A stretch of DNA of 64,000 nt from Candidatus Nomurabacteria bacterium (GCA_023898465.1 CP060223.1:256001-320000); one strand, 5' to 3'. Shown: positions 44,691-55,264, counted from the first letter of the stretch. The notes: a model not told the origin generated them from the letters alone. Translations and numbers: made by a program.

Positions 44691-45392
44691 ATGAGCTTTC
44701 TTAAGATTTTTAGTGATGATTCTAAAGACAAGCCAAAAGAAAATGATAGTCGGAAACCTGAATGTCCATACTGTCAGGGCGTTTTAGTTAAAATTCCTGC
44801 TAGAAAAACAAAATGTTTTCACTGTGGGAAATATATTTTTGTACGAACACAGACAAAGGACAGAAAGCTCGTTTTGGTTACTGAAGAAAATTCGGCCGCG
44901 ATAGACTCTGAATGGGAGTCAAAACAAGCCGCTACGATCACTTCATTGGTGGAGAAAGTAGATTTTACAAAGAAAAAAGAAGGTCTGCGCGAAGGGTTTG
45001 GGGACAAGGAACCCTCCGTTAGTGACATAAAGTGGGGCTTGTGGAACAAGAGGCTTCAGGAAGCAATGAAACGCAATGATTTTTCAGAACTTTCAGGAAT
45101 ATATTTTCAAATGGCTCTGCGCTTGCACGAAAGTGGAAAAGACAGCTTTAAACTTCAGGGCCAGGCTCAAAAAATGTTTTTGTTTAAAGAAAAGCAAAGC
45201 GGTGTTGTTTCTAGCGTAGAGGTTTTTTCTAGAGATGGCTGTGAAGAATGTAAGAAAATAAACGGAAAGAAATTTGTTATTTTTGAAGCACTAAAACTCA
45301 TGCCACTACCCGTTCAATCCTGCACAAACAAACTGAATAAGAATGCGCCCAATGGTTGGTGTCGATGCACTTTTCTTCCTTTTATAGATTAA
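44691..45392 (+). CDS. Hypothetical protein with N- and C-terminal zinc-ribbon-like Cys motifs
   Basis: CPYCQG-x17-CFHCGK at the N-terminus. CEECKK ... SCTN ... GWCRCTF at the C-terminus. The middle is predicted helical. Confidence 0.5.
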   Translation: MSFLKIFSDDSKDKPKENDSRKPECPYCQGVLVKIPARKTKCFHCGKYIFVRTQTKDRKLVLVTEENSAAIDSEWESKQAATITSLVEKVDFTKKKEGLREGFGDKEPSVSDIKWGLWNKRLQEAMKRNDFSELSGIYFQMALRLHESGKDSFKLQGQAQKMFLFKEKQSGVVSSVEVFSRDGCEECKKINGKKFVIFEALKLMPLPVQSCTNKLNKNAPNGWCRCTFLPFID

Positions 45393-45546
45393 GACTTTGC
45401 CACCAATACTTTTGTTTCGGTCGCTGAGCATCCACCCTTTTTATCCCCCTCTGCCGATCTTCTAAAAAGAAACGGGAATTTAATCACGTAAAAAATAAAG
45501 AGGACCCATTATAACCCCTTGCCTCCGTCATTCGCGAACGACGGGG

Positions 45547-45575
45547 TTGACAGGGCTTTTTTGTTATACTATTCT
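45547..45575 (+). promoter_or_regulatory. Putative sigma70-type promoter of the hrcA operon (TTGACA-N17-TATTCT)
   Basis: A consensus -35 sits 17 nt from TATTCT. CIRCE begins 5 nt downstream. Confidence 0.4.
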
Positions 45576-45579
45576 TGTT

Positions 45580-45606
45580 TTAGCACTCAAATATTGAGAG
45601 TGCTAA
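45580..45606 (+). promoter_or_regulatory. CIRCE operator (HrcA binding site)
   Basis: A perfect TTAGCACTC-N9-GAGTGCTAA inverted repeat lies 10 nt upstream of the hrcA start. Confidence 0.9.
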
Positions 45607-45615
45607 TTCAAGCCC

Positions 45616-46341
45616 ATGAAGCTCTCAGAACGACAACAACACATATTACAGGCCGTGATTCAAGAACACCTGGTGCAGGGGAAGCCGGTTGGTTCGCAGC
45701 AACTGGTGACGGCCGGTGGATTCGACGTGTCGAGCGCGACTATGCGCAATGAAATGGCTGAATTAGAGGAAAAGGGCTTTTTAACGCATCCCCACACCTC
45801 AGCCGGTCGGATTCCGACGGAGCAGGGTTGGCGCTACTACCTCGACCATATCATTGAAAAAAAAGAGCTAAGTAAAAAGGAAGAAAGCTATCTGCAGCAG
45901 CAAGTGAAAAGCAGCGAGCCAGCTGGTCCGCAAAAAGTGAAAACCTTAGCCAAAGCACTGGCTGAGCTGTCAGAAGAAGCCATCATGATCGGTTTCGCGC
46001 CAAATGATGTGTACTACACCGGCTTGCGTAACCTTTTCTCTAAACCGGAATTCCAGGATTTTGCCGTGGTGACGCAGTTGTCTGAAGTGATTGACCATTT
46101 GGACGAGGCCTTGTCTCGCTTATTTCTACGAAAAGAAAAGTCCCAGCAGGATGTAACAGTATTAGTGGGACAGGAGCATCCTTTTGGCGCTGACTGCAGT
46201 GTCATTATGACGCAGATTCCGGTGGCCAAGGGGAATGCGACCGGTATACTCGGTATCCTGGGCCCGATGCGGCAGCAATATGCAGACAACATTGCTCGAT
46301 TAGATTATTCTCGTCATTTACTTACTGAATTATTTTCCTAA
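45616..46341 (+). CDS. hrcA: Heat-inducible transcription repressor HrcA (short form, 241 aa)
   Basis: LSERQQHILQAVIQEHLVQGKPVGSQ...SSATMRNEMAELEEKGFLTHPHTSAGRIPT is the canonical HrcA N-terminus. It is about 100 aa shorter than typical HrcA. Confidence 0.85.
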   Translation: MKLSERQQHILQAVIQEHLVQGKPVGSQQLVTAGGFDVSSATMRNEMAELEEKGFLTHPHTSAGRIPTEQGWRYYLDHIIEKKELSKKEESYLQQQVKSSEPAGPQKVKTLAKALAELSEEAIMIGFAPNDVYYTGLRNLFSKPEFQDFAVVTQLSEVIDHLDEALSRLFLRKEKSQQDVTVLVGQEHPFGADCSVIMTQIPVAKGNATGILGILGPMRQQYADNIARLDYSRHLLTELFS

Positions 46342-46344
46342 AGC

Positions 46345-46848
46345 ATGAGCACGAACGAAAACGAAGTCCAAGAAGACACTTCACCTGAAATGAGCACCCT
46401 GCAAAAGAAGGCGGAAGAGTACCTAGCCGGCTGGCAGCGCGCCAAGGCAGACTATCAAAACCTGAAGCGTCAGAATGAAAAAGAGCGCGAAGAGCTCATG
46501 AGTATGACCACTGGTGCGCTCATCCTCGACCTCCTGCCCGTGAAAACCAACTTTGACCTAGCCTGGCAACATCTGCCAGAGGATCTGAAAGACCACGCCT
46601 GGGTAAAGGGCATGGAACACGTGCAAAAGCAGTTTACCGAATTTTTACAAACCCTGGGTATTAGTTCCTATCAACCATCACATGAAGCCTTTGACCCCAG
46701 TAGCATGGAAGCGATCGAGCACACGGCTGACGCAGAAGTGCCCGAGGGTCAGGTGATCCGCACCACTGAGCCAGGCTATCGGATGCGCGACAAAGTCATC
46801 CGTCCGGCCAAAGTGGTGGTCAGCTCAGGTCCTAGTCAAGAATCGTAA
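46345..46848 (+). CDS. grpE: Nucleotide exchange factor GrpE
   Basis: RAKADYQNLKRQNEKE and the C-terminal beta domain GYRMRDKVIRPAKVVV. Confidence 0.9.
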   Translation: MSTNENEVQEDTSPEMSTLQKKAEEYLAGWQRAKADYQNLKRQNEKEREELMSMTTGALILDLLPVKTNFDLAWQHLPEDLKDHAWVKGMEHVQKQFTEFLQTLGISSYQPSHEAFDPSSMEAIEHTADAEVPEGQVIRTTEPGYRMRDKVIRPAKVVVSSGPSQES

Positions 46849-46883
46849 TCTTCTCTCAACATTAACCCTTAAGGAGAAACACT

Positions 46884-47294
46884 ATGGCAATTATCAAATG
46901 GAGTCCTTTTGCAGACATGCTTGGCGAAGATTTCTTCGAAGACATGCCGCTGGCTCGTAATTATCGCTTTGTCCCGGCCCTCGACATTTATGAGGATAAG
47001 GACAACATCGTAGTAGAAACCCCACTCTCGGGCATTGATCCAAACAAAGTAAATATTGAGATCGAGGACAACATCCTCAAAATCTCTGGATCAACCGAAA
47101 AGAAATCCGAAGTGGATGAAAAAAACTACTACCGCAAAGAAGTCCGCAGTGGACAATTCTTCCGCTCGGTTGCCCTGCCAAAAGCAGTGGATGCAGATAA
47201 GGCTGATGCGCAATATCACGACGGTATCCTGAAAATCACCGTGCCAAAGCGCGAAGAAGCCAAGCCAAAGACTATTTCCGTTCAAGTAAAGTAA
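46884..47294 (+). CDS. Hsp20/alpha-crystallin family small heat-shock protein
   Basis: PALDIYEDKDNIVVETPLSGIDP...FFRSVALP...A.YHDGILKITVPK. Confidence 0.9.
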   Translation: MAIIKWSPFADMLGEDFFEDMPLARNYRFVPALDIYEDKDNIVVETPLSGIDPNKVNIEIEDNILKISGSTEKKSEVDEKNYYRKEVRSGQFFRSVALPKAVDADKADAQYHDGILKITVPKREEAKPKTISVQVK

Positions 47295-47358
47295 ATTCGC
47301 CGTTTGAGCAGCCCCGCCTACGCTAAAAGCTTTGGCGGGGAACTGAGACGAGGAACCT

Positions 47359-47715
47359 ATGTCACAACAACGTATACCAGCCCCGCAATTTAATAACCCG
47401 CTCCTGCGGATGAATGGTCGCTGTCCGGTCTGCAATAGTTTGTACGACGTTCAGCAGCTGCGCATCCTGGCTGAAAAAGAGCAGTCTATCCTGGCGCACC
47501 TCGAGTGCAGCAACTGCTCAACCGCGGTGCTGTCTTATCTGCAGTTGAGCGGCATGGGCTTATCCAATCACGCATTGATTACGGATTTAACTCCGGATGA
47601 GGTGCACGATCGGATGGGAAGCTCGCCGCCTATTTCCAGCGATGACATCATTCTCTTCCACAGCTATCTGGAGAATGAGGTCAAGGCGACTGATCTCTAC
47701 AGTGAAGATAGCTAA
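47359..47715 (+). CDS. Hypothetical zinc-ribbon protein inside the heat-shock cluster
   Basis: 118 aa with CPVCNS...CSNCST. Confidence 0.45.
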   Translation: MSQQRIPAPQFNNPLLRMNGRCPVCNSLYDVQQLRILAEKEQSILAHLECSNCSTAVLSYLQLSGMGLSNHALITDLTPDEVHDRMGSSPPISSDDIILFHSYLENEVKATDLYSEDS

Positions 47716-47751
47716 CACTTATTTGTAAATCTCTTTAATCTCAACACACCT

Positions 47752-49686
47752 ATGGCAAAAATTCTCGGAATCGATCTCGGTACGACCAACTCAGCAATGG
47801 CTGTAGTGGAGGGTGGTGAACCGAAAATCATTGAAAACAACGAAGGCAATCGCACGACACCTTCTATGGTGGCGATGGCCAAAAACGGCGAGCGCTTAGC
47901 TGGACAGCTGGCCAAGCGACAAGCGGTTACCAATCCAGAAAACACAATTTTCTCGGTCAAGCGTTTAATTGGACGCCACTGGGATGATGCAGAAGTGCAG
48001 CGTGATGTAAAAACCATGCCCTACAAGATTACTCAGGGCGGTGAAGGCGTGAAAGTGAAGCTGGGTGATAAGGAATACACCCCGCAGGAAATTTCCGCCA
48101 TGATCCTGCAGAAGTTAAAGGCAGACGCTGAGGAGCGCTTGGGCGAAAAAATCACTGAAGCGGTCATTACGGTTCCAGCCTACTTTGATGACAGTCAGCG
48201 CCAAGCTACCAAAGACGCGGGTCGCATTGCCGGCTTTGACGTGAAGCGCATTATTAACGAGCCAACTGCTGCAGCCTTGGCCTATGGCTTTAACAAGAAA
48301 AAGGATGAGAAGATCGCCGTGTATGACCTTGGCGGCGGTACTTTTGACATCTCTATTCTCGAAGTGTCAGCTGACACGGTGGAAGTGAAATCCACCAATG
48401 GTGACACGCACTTGGGCGGTGATGACTTTGACCAAGTGATTATTCACTGGATCATTGATGAGTTTAAGAAACTGGAAGGCATTGATCTGTCTAAGGACAC
48501 CCAAGCGCTCCAACGCTTAAAGGATTCAGCAGAAAAAGCCAAGCATGAGCTTTCCACTGCTATGGAAACAGAAATCAGTCAGCCTTTCATCACCACTGAT
48601 GCCAGCGGTCCAAAGCACTTGAGCTTGAAATTGACCCGGGCCAAACTCGAAGGCCTGGTAGGCGAGCTGGTTGAAAAAACCCTGGTGCCGGTCAAGCAGG
48701 CGCTGAAGGATGCCGGCCTAGAAGCCAGCGATATCAATGAAGTCATTATGGTTGGTGGACAGACACGCATGCCTTTGGTGCAAAAAACCGTTGAGCAATT
48801 CTTTGGCAAGAAACCACACCTGGGCGTGAACCCTGACGAAGTGGTCGCCCTCGGTGCTGCAGTGCAGGCCGGCGTGCTCCAAGGTGATGTGAAAGACGTG
48901 CTGCTACTCGACGTCACACCTTTGACCCTTGGCTTAGAAACCCTGGGCGGTGTAGCGACTCCTTTAATCGAGCGTAACACGACTGTGCCGACCTCGAAGT
49001 CGCAAACCTTCTCCACCGCAGCTGATAATCAGACCTCAGTGGAAATCCATGTGCTGCAGGGTGAGCGACCAATGGCCAGCGATAACAAGACCTTAGGCAA
49101 ATTTATCCTCTCTGGTATTCCACCAGCTCCTCGAGGTGTGCCGCAGGTTGAAGTGACCTTTGATATTGACGCCAATGGTATCCTGAACGTGAAGGCAAAA
49201 GATAAGGCCTCGGGCAAAGAGCAGTCGATTACCATTACTGCTTCCACGCAGCTCTCCAAAGATGAAATTGAGCGCATGCGTACCGAAGCTGAGTCACATG
49301 CGGAAGAGGATAAGAAAAAGCGCGAGTCAATTGAGCTGAAGAACCAGGCTGAAACCCTTATCTACACGGCTGAGAAAGCGCTCAAAGACGCTGGCGATAA
49401 AGTTACTGATGATGTGAAAAAAGAAGTGCAAGAGAAGATTGATGCCCTGAAGAAGGCGCAAGAAAGTGATGACGCCGCGCAAATCCAGCCAGCCCTTGAT
49501 GTGCTCAATCAAAGCATGCAAAAAATCGGCCAAGCCATGTACGGCCAGCAGCAGCCAGGTCAGCCCGGCGCTGAACAAGCTGGTCAAGATGCTGGAGCAG
49601 CCGGTCAGGCCTCTGAAGAACCCAAAACTGATAACGCCAAAGATAGCGATACGGTAGAGGGGAACTACGAGGAAGTAAAAAAATAA
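47752..49686 (+). CDS. dnaK: Chaperone DnaK (Hsp70)
   Basis: [25 protein letters not shown]; 644 aa. Confidence 0.97.
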   Translation: MAKILGIDLGTTNSAMAVVEGGEPKIIENNEGNRTTPSMVAMAKNGERLAGQLAKRQAVTNPENTIFSVKRLIGRHWDDAEVQRDVKTMPYKITQGGEGVKVKLGDKEYTPQEISAMILQKLKADAEERLGEKITEAVITVPAYFDDSQRQATKDAGRIAGFDVKRIINEPTAAALAYGFNKKKDEKIAVYDLGGGTFDISILEVSADTVEVKSTNGDTHLGGDDFDQVIIHWIIDEFKKLEGIDLSKDTQALQRLKDSAEKAKHELSTAMETEISQPFITTDASGPKHLSLKLTRAKLEGLVGELVEKTLVPVKQALKDAGLEASDINEVIMVGGQTRMPLVQKTVEQFFGKKPHLGVNPDEVVALGAAVQAGVLQGDVKDVLLLDVTPLTLGLETLGGVATPLIERNTTVPTSKSQTFSTAADNQTSVEIHVLQGERPMASDNKTLGKFILSGIPPAPRGVPQVEVTFDIDANGILNVKAKDKASGKEQSITITASTQLSKDEIERMRTEAESHAEEDKKKRESIELKNQAETLIYTAEKALKDAGDKVTDDVKKEVQEKIDALKKAQESDDAAQIQPALDVLNQSMQKIGQAMYGQQQPGQPGAEQAGQDAGAAGQASEEPKTDNAKDSDTVEGNYEEVKK

Positions 49687-49755
49687 GCGCACTAACCCCG
49701 CCGTGTCTGCAAAGGCACGGCGGGATCGCAAATAATCTTCATAACTAGGAATACT

Positions 49756-50085
49756 ATGGCCAACAATTACAATATGCCCCCACAACAACAACGCCCGCAG
49801 ATTCAGATTAAGATTGCTGATGAGCAATTAAAAGGTGCTTACACCAACTCGGTGGCAGTTTTTCACTCCAAAGAGGAGTTTGTGCTTGATTTCATGAACG
49901 TGTATCCACCGCAAGGCATGGGCACGGTTGTCAGTCGCGTGATCACCAGCCCGGGACACATGAAGCGCCTCCTGGCAGCTCTGCAGGACAATATTGCCAA
50001 ATATGAGAAGCAACATGGTAAAATAGAAGAGGCAAAAACGCCTGACGCATCATTTGGCTTTAATACCGAAGAAAAGGATAAATAA
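49756..50085 (+). CDS. DUF3467-like protein
   Basis: 109 aa. GAYTNSVAVFHSKEEFVLDFMNV matches my recollection of the DUF3467 core. Confidence 0.6.
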   Translation: MANNYNMPPQQQRPQIQIKIADEQLKGAYTNSVAVFHSKEEFVLDFMNVYPPQGMGTVVSRVITSPGHMKRLLAALQDNIAKYEKQHGKIEEAKTPDASFGFNTEEKDK

Positions 50086-50337
50086 ATGGAAGAAGATAGT
50101 GAAAATAAATTAGTAAGCTGGAAAATAAAATTTATTTTTGGAGCCGTGATCGTGTCACTTTTTGCGGTTGAGGTAGGTGCTTTGTATGAACATGCGCCGA
50201 TGAATGATCATACAGGACCATGTAAGGTTATTGATTGCCATCAGGATCATACTGAAGAGTCTATATTTAACGGGGCAGTAAGTGGTATTTCTCCGTCAGG
50301 AACCATGGATTATACTGACCTTAACATTCCAAGCTAG
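50086..50337 (+). CDS. Small membrane-anchored hypothetical protein
   Basis: 83 aa with one TM helix. Its start abuts the upstream stop. Confidence 0.4.
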   Translation: MEEDSENKLVSWKIKFIFGAVIVSLFAVEVGALYEHAPMNDHTGPCKVIDCHQDHTEESIFNGAVSGISPSGTMDYTDLNIPS

Positions 50338-50351
50338 TAGTTATAGTTATT

Positions 50352-51419
50352 ATGGCCTCGAAGCAAAACAAAAAAAAGAAAGAAGAGCCAGTCGCGCCTT
50401 TGCAATACCATCAGCGTAATCGTTTGATAGGGATATACGCCTTTGCGATTCTTGCTTGGGCAGGCTTTTGGTGGCTCATCCGGACGGCCTTTGCTGCAGA
50501 GATGCTACTTAGCGCAGAAACGCTTTGGCTCGTCAGTGGTGCTTTTGTGCTGTTTGGGCTTTCCCTTGGACTCTTTGGCTTGATGGCGGCAGTTGTTCGC
50601 ATACCGCGTTGGGGCGTTCTCTATGCCGCCGGAGCTGGGCTATTGCCGATCGCGTTTTTCCCTTTGAACCTTTTTACTTTGGCCGGAGCTTTACTGCTCA
50701 TGGCAGTGTGGTTTCGCTATTGGGCCATGGTAACGGAGGAGTCTGAGCATCGCATTCGCTTCAATCTAGTAAAAAGTGTTACCCACGGACTTGGTACGAT
50801 AATTTACCTGACCGTATTAAGTGTGGCCGTGTTTTATCTGGCCGTGACCAGTCAGTCGAATCAAACAAGCACGACATTTATTGATAACGTAACAAACTCC
50901 GCCTCTGATGCCGTCTTAGCAGTGCTGGATAATCAGCTGCCGGAATTTGATGCACAAATGACTTTGGATGCATTTATTACGCAGTATAGCGACCAGGATA
51001 TCACCGCCCTTTTACCTGAAAACTTTTTACCGGAAGACGTAAATAAATCCTTATTGGAAGAAAACACGCAGCAGAATATTGAAAACCTGGACGAAACCGC
51101 GCGGCAAGCAGCTATTGAAGAAGCGCGTACGCAGTTATTGCAAGCCTTGAATATTCACGCTGAGGGTAGTGACAGTATGGAAACGGTGGTGCGTCGCTTA
51201 GTGGAAGATAAACTGCAGCCGTTACTTGAGCGTTATGATACTGTTATCCCGCCAGTGCTCGCCTTAGCACTTTTCTCAGTCCTTTCCATCCTGGGCCTGG
51301 TGTATTTCTGGTGGATCGTGTTGTGGGCTTTCATTTGCTATGGTATCCTGCGAATTCTTCGCTGGGTGGAATTTGTTGAACATACGCAGACCGTCACCCG
51401 CGCGGAAATAAAGAACTGA
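50352..51419 (+). CDS. Hypothetical polytopic membrane protein
   Basis: 355 aa with several TM helices flanking an acidic soluble loop. Confidence 0.55.
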   Translation: MASKQNKKKKEEPVAPLQYHQRNRLIGIYAFAILAWAGFWWLIRTAFAAEMLLSAETLWLVSGAFVLFGLSLGLFGLMAAVVRIPRWGVLYAAGAGLLPIAFFPLNLFTLAGALLLMAVWFRYWAMVTEESEHRIRFNLVKSVTHGLGTIIYLTVLSVAVFYLAVTSQSNQTSTTFIDNVTNSASDAVLAVLDNQLPEFDAQMTLDAFITQYSDQDITALLPENFLPEDVNKSLLEENTQQNIENLDETARQAAIEEARTQLLQALNIHAEGSDSMETVVRRLVEDKLQPLLERYDTVIPPVLALALFSVLSILGLVYFWWIVLWAFICYGILRILRWVEFVEHTQTVTRAEIKN

Positions 51420-51423
51420 AGCT

Positions 51424-52530
51424 ATGGCTAGAGATTATTACGAAATCCTCGGCGTCAGCCGCAACGCCTCGCAGGATGATATTAAAAAAGCATATCGCAA
51501 ATTAGCGCATCAACACCACCCAGATAAAAAGGGCGGGGATGAGGCAAAGTTTAAAGAGGTAAACGAGGCCTACCAGGTATTAGGCAACGCGGACAAACGG
51601 GCCAAGTACGATCAATTTGGCAGTGCTGTGTTCCAAGGTGGCGGAGCAGGCCCGGGCGGCGCCCAGTGGTCTGATTTCGCGCGCGGTGGTGGTTTCGGCG
51701 GCGGACAAGCCTATGGCAATGTTGATTTTGGTGACCTGGGAGATATTTTTGGCGACATTTTTGGTTTTGGTGGGCAGCGAGGCGGCCGCGGGAGTCGTCA
51801 GCAGCGCGGGAATGACGTGGAAACTGAAGTCCATATCTCCTTGAAAGACGCTGCTTTTGGTGTAAGTAAGTCTTTAGAGCTGACACAAGATTTGCCTTGC
51901 AGCACCTGTAAAGGAAACGGCGCTAAGCCAGGCTCAAAAGTGGATACCTGCTCGACCTGCGGAGGCAGCGGGCAAGTCGCTCAAGTGCGTAACACCTTAT
52001 TCGGTGCTATGCAGACCGTGGGTGCCTGTCCAAATTGCCAGGGCGAGGGGACTATCGTGAAAGAAGCCTGTACCACCTGCCGAGGCAGTGGAGTTGAGCG
52101 ACGGAAGCGCACACTAAAAGTACAGATCCCGGCCGGAATCGCTGATGGGCAGAGTATACGTTTGAACGGCGAAGGACAGGCAGGCAAGCGGGGAGTCGCA
52201 CCTGGAGATTTATATGTCCGAGTACGCGTTGATATGGATGCGAGTTTCGAGCGACAAGGCGATGATCTCTACATGCGCGTTCCCGTGTCGGTTTCCCAAG
52301 CTGCCTTAGGCGATAGCATTCAGATTGCCACCATCGATGGAGAAGTGAAGCTTGATATCCCGTCCGGTACGCAGCCAAATAGCAAGATACGCCTGAAGGG
52401 TAAGGGTATGACTCATCTGCGCTCCCGCGGCCGCGGCGATCTTTACGTTGTGGTGAAAGTGGAGATTCCAAAGAAGCTGAGCAAGGAAGCGAAAAAGGCG
52501 CTGGAGGTGTTGCGCGGCGAGGGGGTTTAG
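51424..52530 (+). CDS. dnaJ: Chaperone DnaJ (Hsp40), type I
   Basis: J-domain with HPD, a G/F region, and four CxxCxGxG zinc motifs. Confidence 0.95.
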   Translation: MARDYYEILGVSRNASQDDIKKAYRKLAHQHHPDKKGGDEAKFKEVNEAYQVLGNADKRAKYDQFGSAVFQGGGAGPGGAQWSDFARGGGFGGGQAYGNVDFGDLGDIFGDIFGFGGQRGGRGSRQQRGNDVETEVHISLKDAAFGVSKSLELTQDLPCSTCKGNGAKPGSKVDTCSTCGGSGQVAQVRNTLFGAMQTVGACPNCQGEGTIVKEACTTCRGSGVERRKRTLKVQIPAGIADGQSIRLNGEGQAGKRGVAPGDLYVRVRVDMDASFERQGDDLYMRVPVSVSQAALGDSIQIATIDGEVKLDIPSGTQPNSKIRLKGKGMTHLRSRGRGDLYVVVKVEIPKKLSKEAKKALEVLRGEGV

Positions 52531-52757
52531 TTTCATAGACAAGGCGTCCCGGCCTTGTCGTAGTTTTTTGTTATTCCATCCCGCCCTCACCGTGTTGTTA
52601 TAAGTAACTGCTCAAAGTACCACCTTTGAGCAGTAGTAGCGCTCCTCCCTGAACGTGGTAGTTCATGGAGTTGGGTAGTTCTTGCGTGAAGGTATGCGCT
52701 CTGCTACCATACGGGCGTTTTCACGTTCCTTAGGAGTGAATCAAGAGGAGGGAGCAC

Positions 52758-53081
52758 ATGTCCTGCACTTTTACCTTTCCCGTACCCAAGGGCGTCACGG
52801 AGTTTCGGATCACCACACCCAATTCTGAGAAACTGGCCGGCACCGGACCTCGCTGGGTGGAGGTCAAGGAAGGCTGGACCAGATCCTACAAGCCGATCGA
52901 GGGTGGGCCTGGTACCATCAGAGTGACCAAGGTTGGTCAGGTGCGAGGCGGACACCGTATGGTGACCGTCGAGCTGGTCGACATGACCGCCACCTACGAG
53001 GCGGTGCTGCACTGCAAGCCGGCACCGAGCCAGGCAGTGCAGGAGGCCAGACAGGAGGTCCCGGTCGCCCAAGCATCCTAG
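52758..53081 (+). CDS. Hypothetical protein in a GC-rich micro-island
   Basis: 107 aa. Shine-Dalgarno AGGAGGGAG upstream. A terminator-like hairpin (AACGGCC/GGCCGTT plus T-run) lies at about 53106-53140. Confidence 0.45.
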   Translation: MSCTFTFPVPKGVTEFRITTPNSEKLAGTGPRWVEVKEGWTRSYKPIEGGPGTIRVTKVGQVRGGHRMVTVELVDMTATYEAVLHCKPAPSQAVQEARQEVPVAQAS

Positions 53082-53199
53082 CTTCTCGACGCGCATAGTC
53101 CACAACGGCCTAGTATTGCACTGGGCCGTTTTCTTTTACGCGTTCATTGCAGCAGATTCGCGATTGTGGTATAATGCAAATAGATAAACACATACACAC

Positions 53200-53745
53200 A
53201 TGGGGGAAGCACAACAATTTGTCGCAAATATTGACTGGGCCACGCCTACTTGGGATTTATTCATCATCCTCTTCTTTGTGGTGGCTGGTTTGCTCTATGG
53301 TTTGAGTCTTGGTCGCGATCGCATTGTGGTTATCTTGGTGTCGATTTATATGGCTATGGCAGTGGCAACTACCGCGCCCTATATTGGCGAGTTAAATGCG
53401 CAAATCGGCATTCAGAATGTGTTTGTGTTCCAAATCTCCGCCTTCCTCGTTGCCTTTATTGCGCTTTTTCTGCTCTTGTCGCGCTCAGCCTTGCTCAAAA
53501 CAATTGCTGTTGGTGATGCGCAAGGCAGCTGGTGGCAGGTGCTGGTCTTCAGCATTCTCCATGTTGGCTTATTGGTGAGCATTACTTTGTCCTTTTTGCC
53601 GCCTGAAGCAGCTGAGGGTCTGTCACCACTCACACGTCAAATGTTTGCCTCCGAGGGCGCTCGCTTTGGCTGGATTATTGCGCCGATTATCTTAATGGTG
53701 CTCTTGCGCACGGATAACAAAAAGAAGTTTAAGTACGATATGTAG
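53200..53745 (+). CDS. Hypothetical 4-5 TM membrane protein (weak CvpA-like look)
   Basis: 181-aa hydrophobic ORF. Confidence 0.5.
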   Translation: MGEAQQFVANIDWATPTWDLFIILFFVVAGLLYGLSLGRDRIVVILVSIYMAMAVATTAPYIGELNAQIGIQNVFVFQISAFLVAFIALFLLLSRSALLKTIAVGDAQGSWWQVLVFSILHVGLLVSITLSFLPPEAAEGLSPLTRQMFASEGARFGWIIAPIILMVLLRTDNKKKFKYDM

Positions 53746-53829
53746 GAGAAATTCGAAATACTAATTTCGAAAATCAAAACAAATACTAAATCCGAATAAT
53801 ACAGAAGGAGGAATTGAGTCCCTAGAAAT

Positions 53830-54828
53830 TTATTTTTCCACTGCTGTGACCTCCTGCGGGAGGATTTTTTCTATTTGCTCAACTGATTCCACTTGTACGA
53901 GTTTTTGACGCAAGGCAGAGGCGCCTTCGATTCCGCGGATGTACCAGGTGAGATGCTTGCGAATTTCAAACATGCCGCGGCGTCCTTTTCGTTCATAGAG
54001 TAGTTCAGCATGTCGGAGCATGAGCGCGCGGATTTCCGGCCAGCTGATTGGATCGTAGGATCCACTTTCTAAATACTGACGCGTTTGACGGAAAATCCAC
54101 GCCTGTCCCTGGCTGCCACGGGCAATACCCACTCCATCAGCACCAGTTTGCTCGAGCATGCGTTTTGTATCCTCAGGTGTTTTAATACCCCCGTTCGCGA
54201 GTACTAATCCTTTGAAACGCTGCTTCACTGCTTGAATCATTTCAGTGTCTACTTCGCCACTATGACCCATTTCATATGAACGTCCGTGGATCATGATAGT
54301 GCTGACCGGGAGATCTTCAATTGCCTCGACGAGATCTAGGGCAGTATAACGCTCTTGGCATCCCGGGTCTTCTTCCTTACTTCGCTTGCGTATACTCGAA
54401 CGCACTTTAATAGAGAGGGGGATGGATACGCTGCCTAAAACAGATTCAATAAGCGCACGACAATAGGCTGGTTTGCGAAGCAGTGCCGCGCCAGAGCCGT
54501 GGCCCACCACCTTACGAGCCGGGCAGCCAAAGTTAATATCAATGCCGGAAAATCCGCGCGCCTCCACCTCTTTAGCTGCTTTTGCAAAAGCCTCGATGTC
54601 GTGTCCAAAGATTTGACAGACCACCGGTTGCTCAGCCGGATCAAAATCCATTTTCGCCAAAGCGGTGCGACCGCGATGTGCGATTGCGTCAGAAGAAATA
54701 AATTCGGTATATGCAACGGCAGCTCCTTGTTCGCGACAAAGCTGACGAAATGCCGAATCAGTCACGCCCTCCATGGGTGCCAGGGCGATAATCGGCTGCT
54801 TGAGTTGTGTCCAAAAGTTAGTAGCCAT
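53830..54828 (-). CDS. dusB: tRNA-dihydrouridine synthase
   Basis: LAPMEGVTDSAFR, DINFGCPARKV, and IMIHGR. Confidence 0.9.
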   Translation of the reverse strand: MATNFWTQLKQPIIALAPMEGVTDSAFRQLCREQGAAVAYTEFISSDAIAHRGRTALAKMDFDPAEQPVVCQIFGHDIEAFAKAAKEVEARGFSGIDINFGCPARKVVGHGSGAALLRKPAYCRALIESVLGSVSIPLSIKVRSSIRKRSKEEDPGCQERYTALDLVEAIEDLPVSTIMIHGRSYEMGHSGEVDTEMIQAVKQRFKGLVLANGGIKTPEDTKRMLEQTGADGVGIARGSQGQAWIFRQTRQYLESGSYDPISWPEIRALMLRHAELLYERKGRRGMFEIRKHLTWYIRGIEGASALRQKLVQVESVEQIEKILPQEVTAVEK

Positions 54829-54949
54829 ACGCAGATGCCCACTTTTCCTACCACGTTTTTGCTCTGCCGGTCAATACAAAGCGTGTGTGTCATTGACTTT
54901 TCGCTTGAGGCGAGTTAGCGTTTTGTTAGACCTTTACAGGGAGGGAAGT

Positions 54950-55216
54950 ATGGCTTCACTGCAGGTTTTTGTGCAAGAGGGCTCCAGGAAGCTCGTGCCT
55001 TTGGAAATCGTACTGGACGGAGGGCGTTTGACCTTCCGGGTGATTACCTCGCTCGGAGAAATGGGGGATACTGAGGCGCGCAGTGTGCTTGCCTCCTTGG
55101 TGGAGACCTGCCAAGGCGAGGGCTTGGCGTATACTCCAGAGTGCATTCGGGATGGAGATCGGCATGTGATCGACATGCTCTTTTTTACCCTGAATGCAAA
55201 GCCCACCACCTCGTGA
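54950..55216 (+). CDS. Hypothetical small protein in a GC-rich micro-island
   Basis: 88 aa from an ATG with AGGGAGGGA upstream. The longer ORF-track start at 54773 overlaps the dus 5' end. Confidence 0.4.
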   Translation: MASLQVFVQEGSRKLVPLEIVLDGGRLTFRVITSLGEMGDTEARSVLASLVETCQGEGLAYTPECIRDGDRHVIDMLFFTLNAKPTTS

Positions 55217-55264
55217 GTGGAGGAGATGATCAGAAACGTCTCGGTTATACCGGGGCGTTTTCCT

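Noticed and set aside
45519-45752. 77-aa plus-strand ORF spanning the hrcA promoter, CIRCE and the hrcA 5' end.
   Set aside because: It overlaps the regulatory elements and the clearly homologous hrcA frame.
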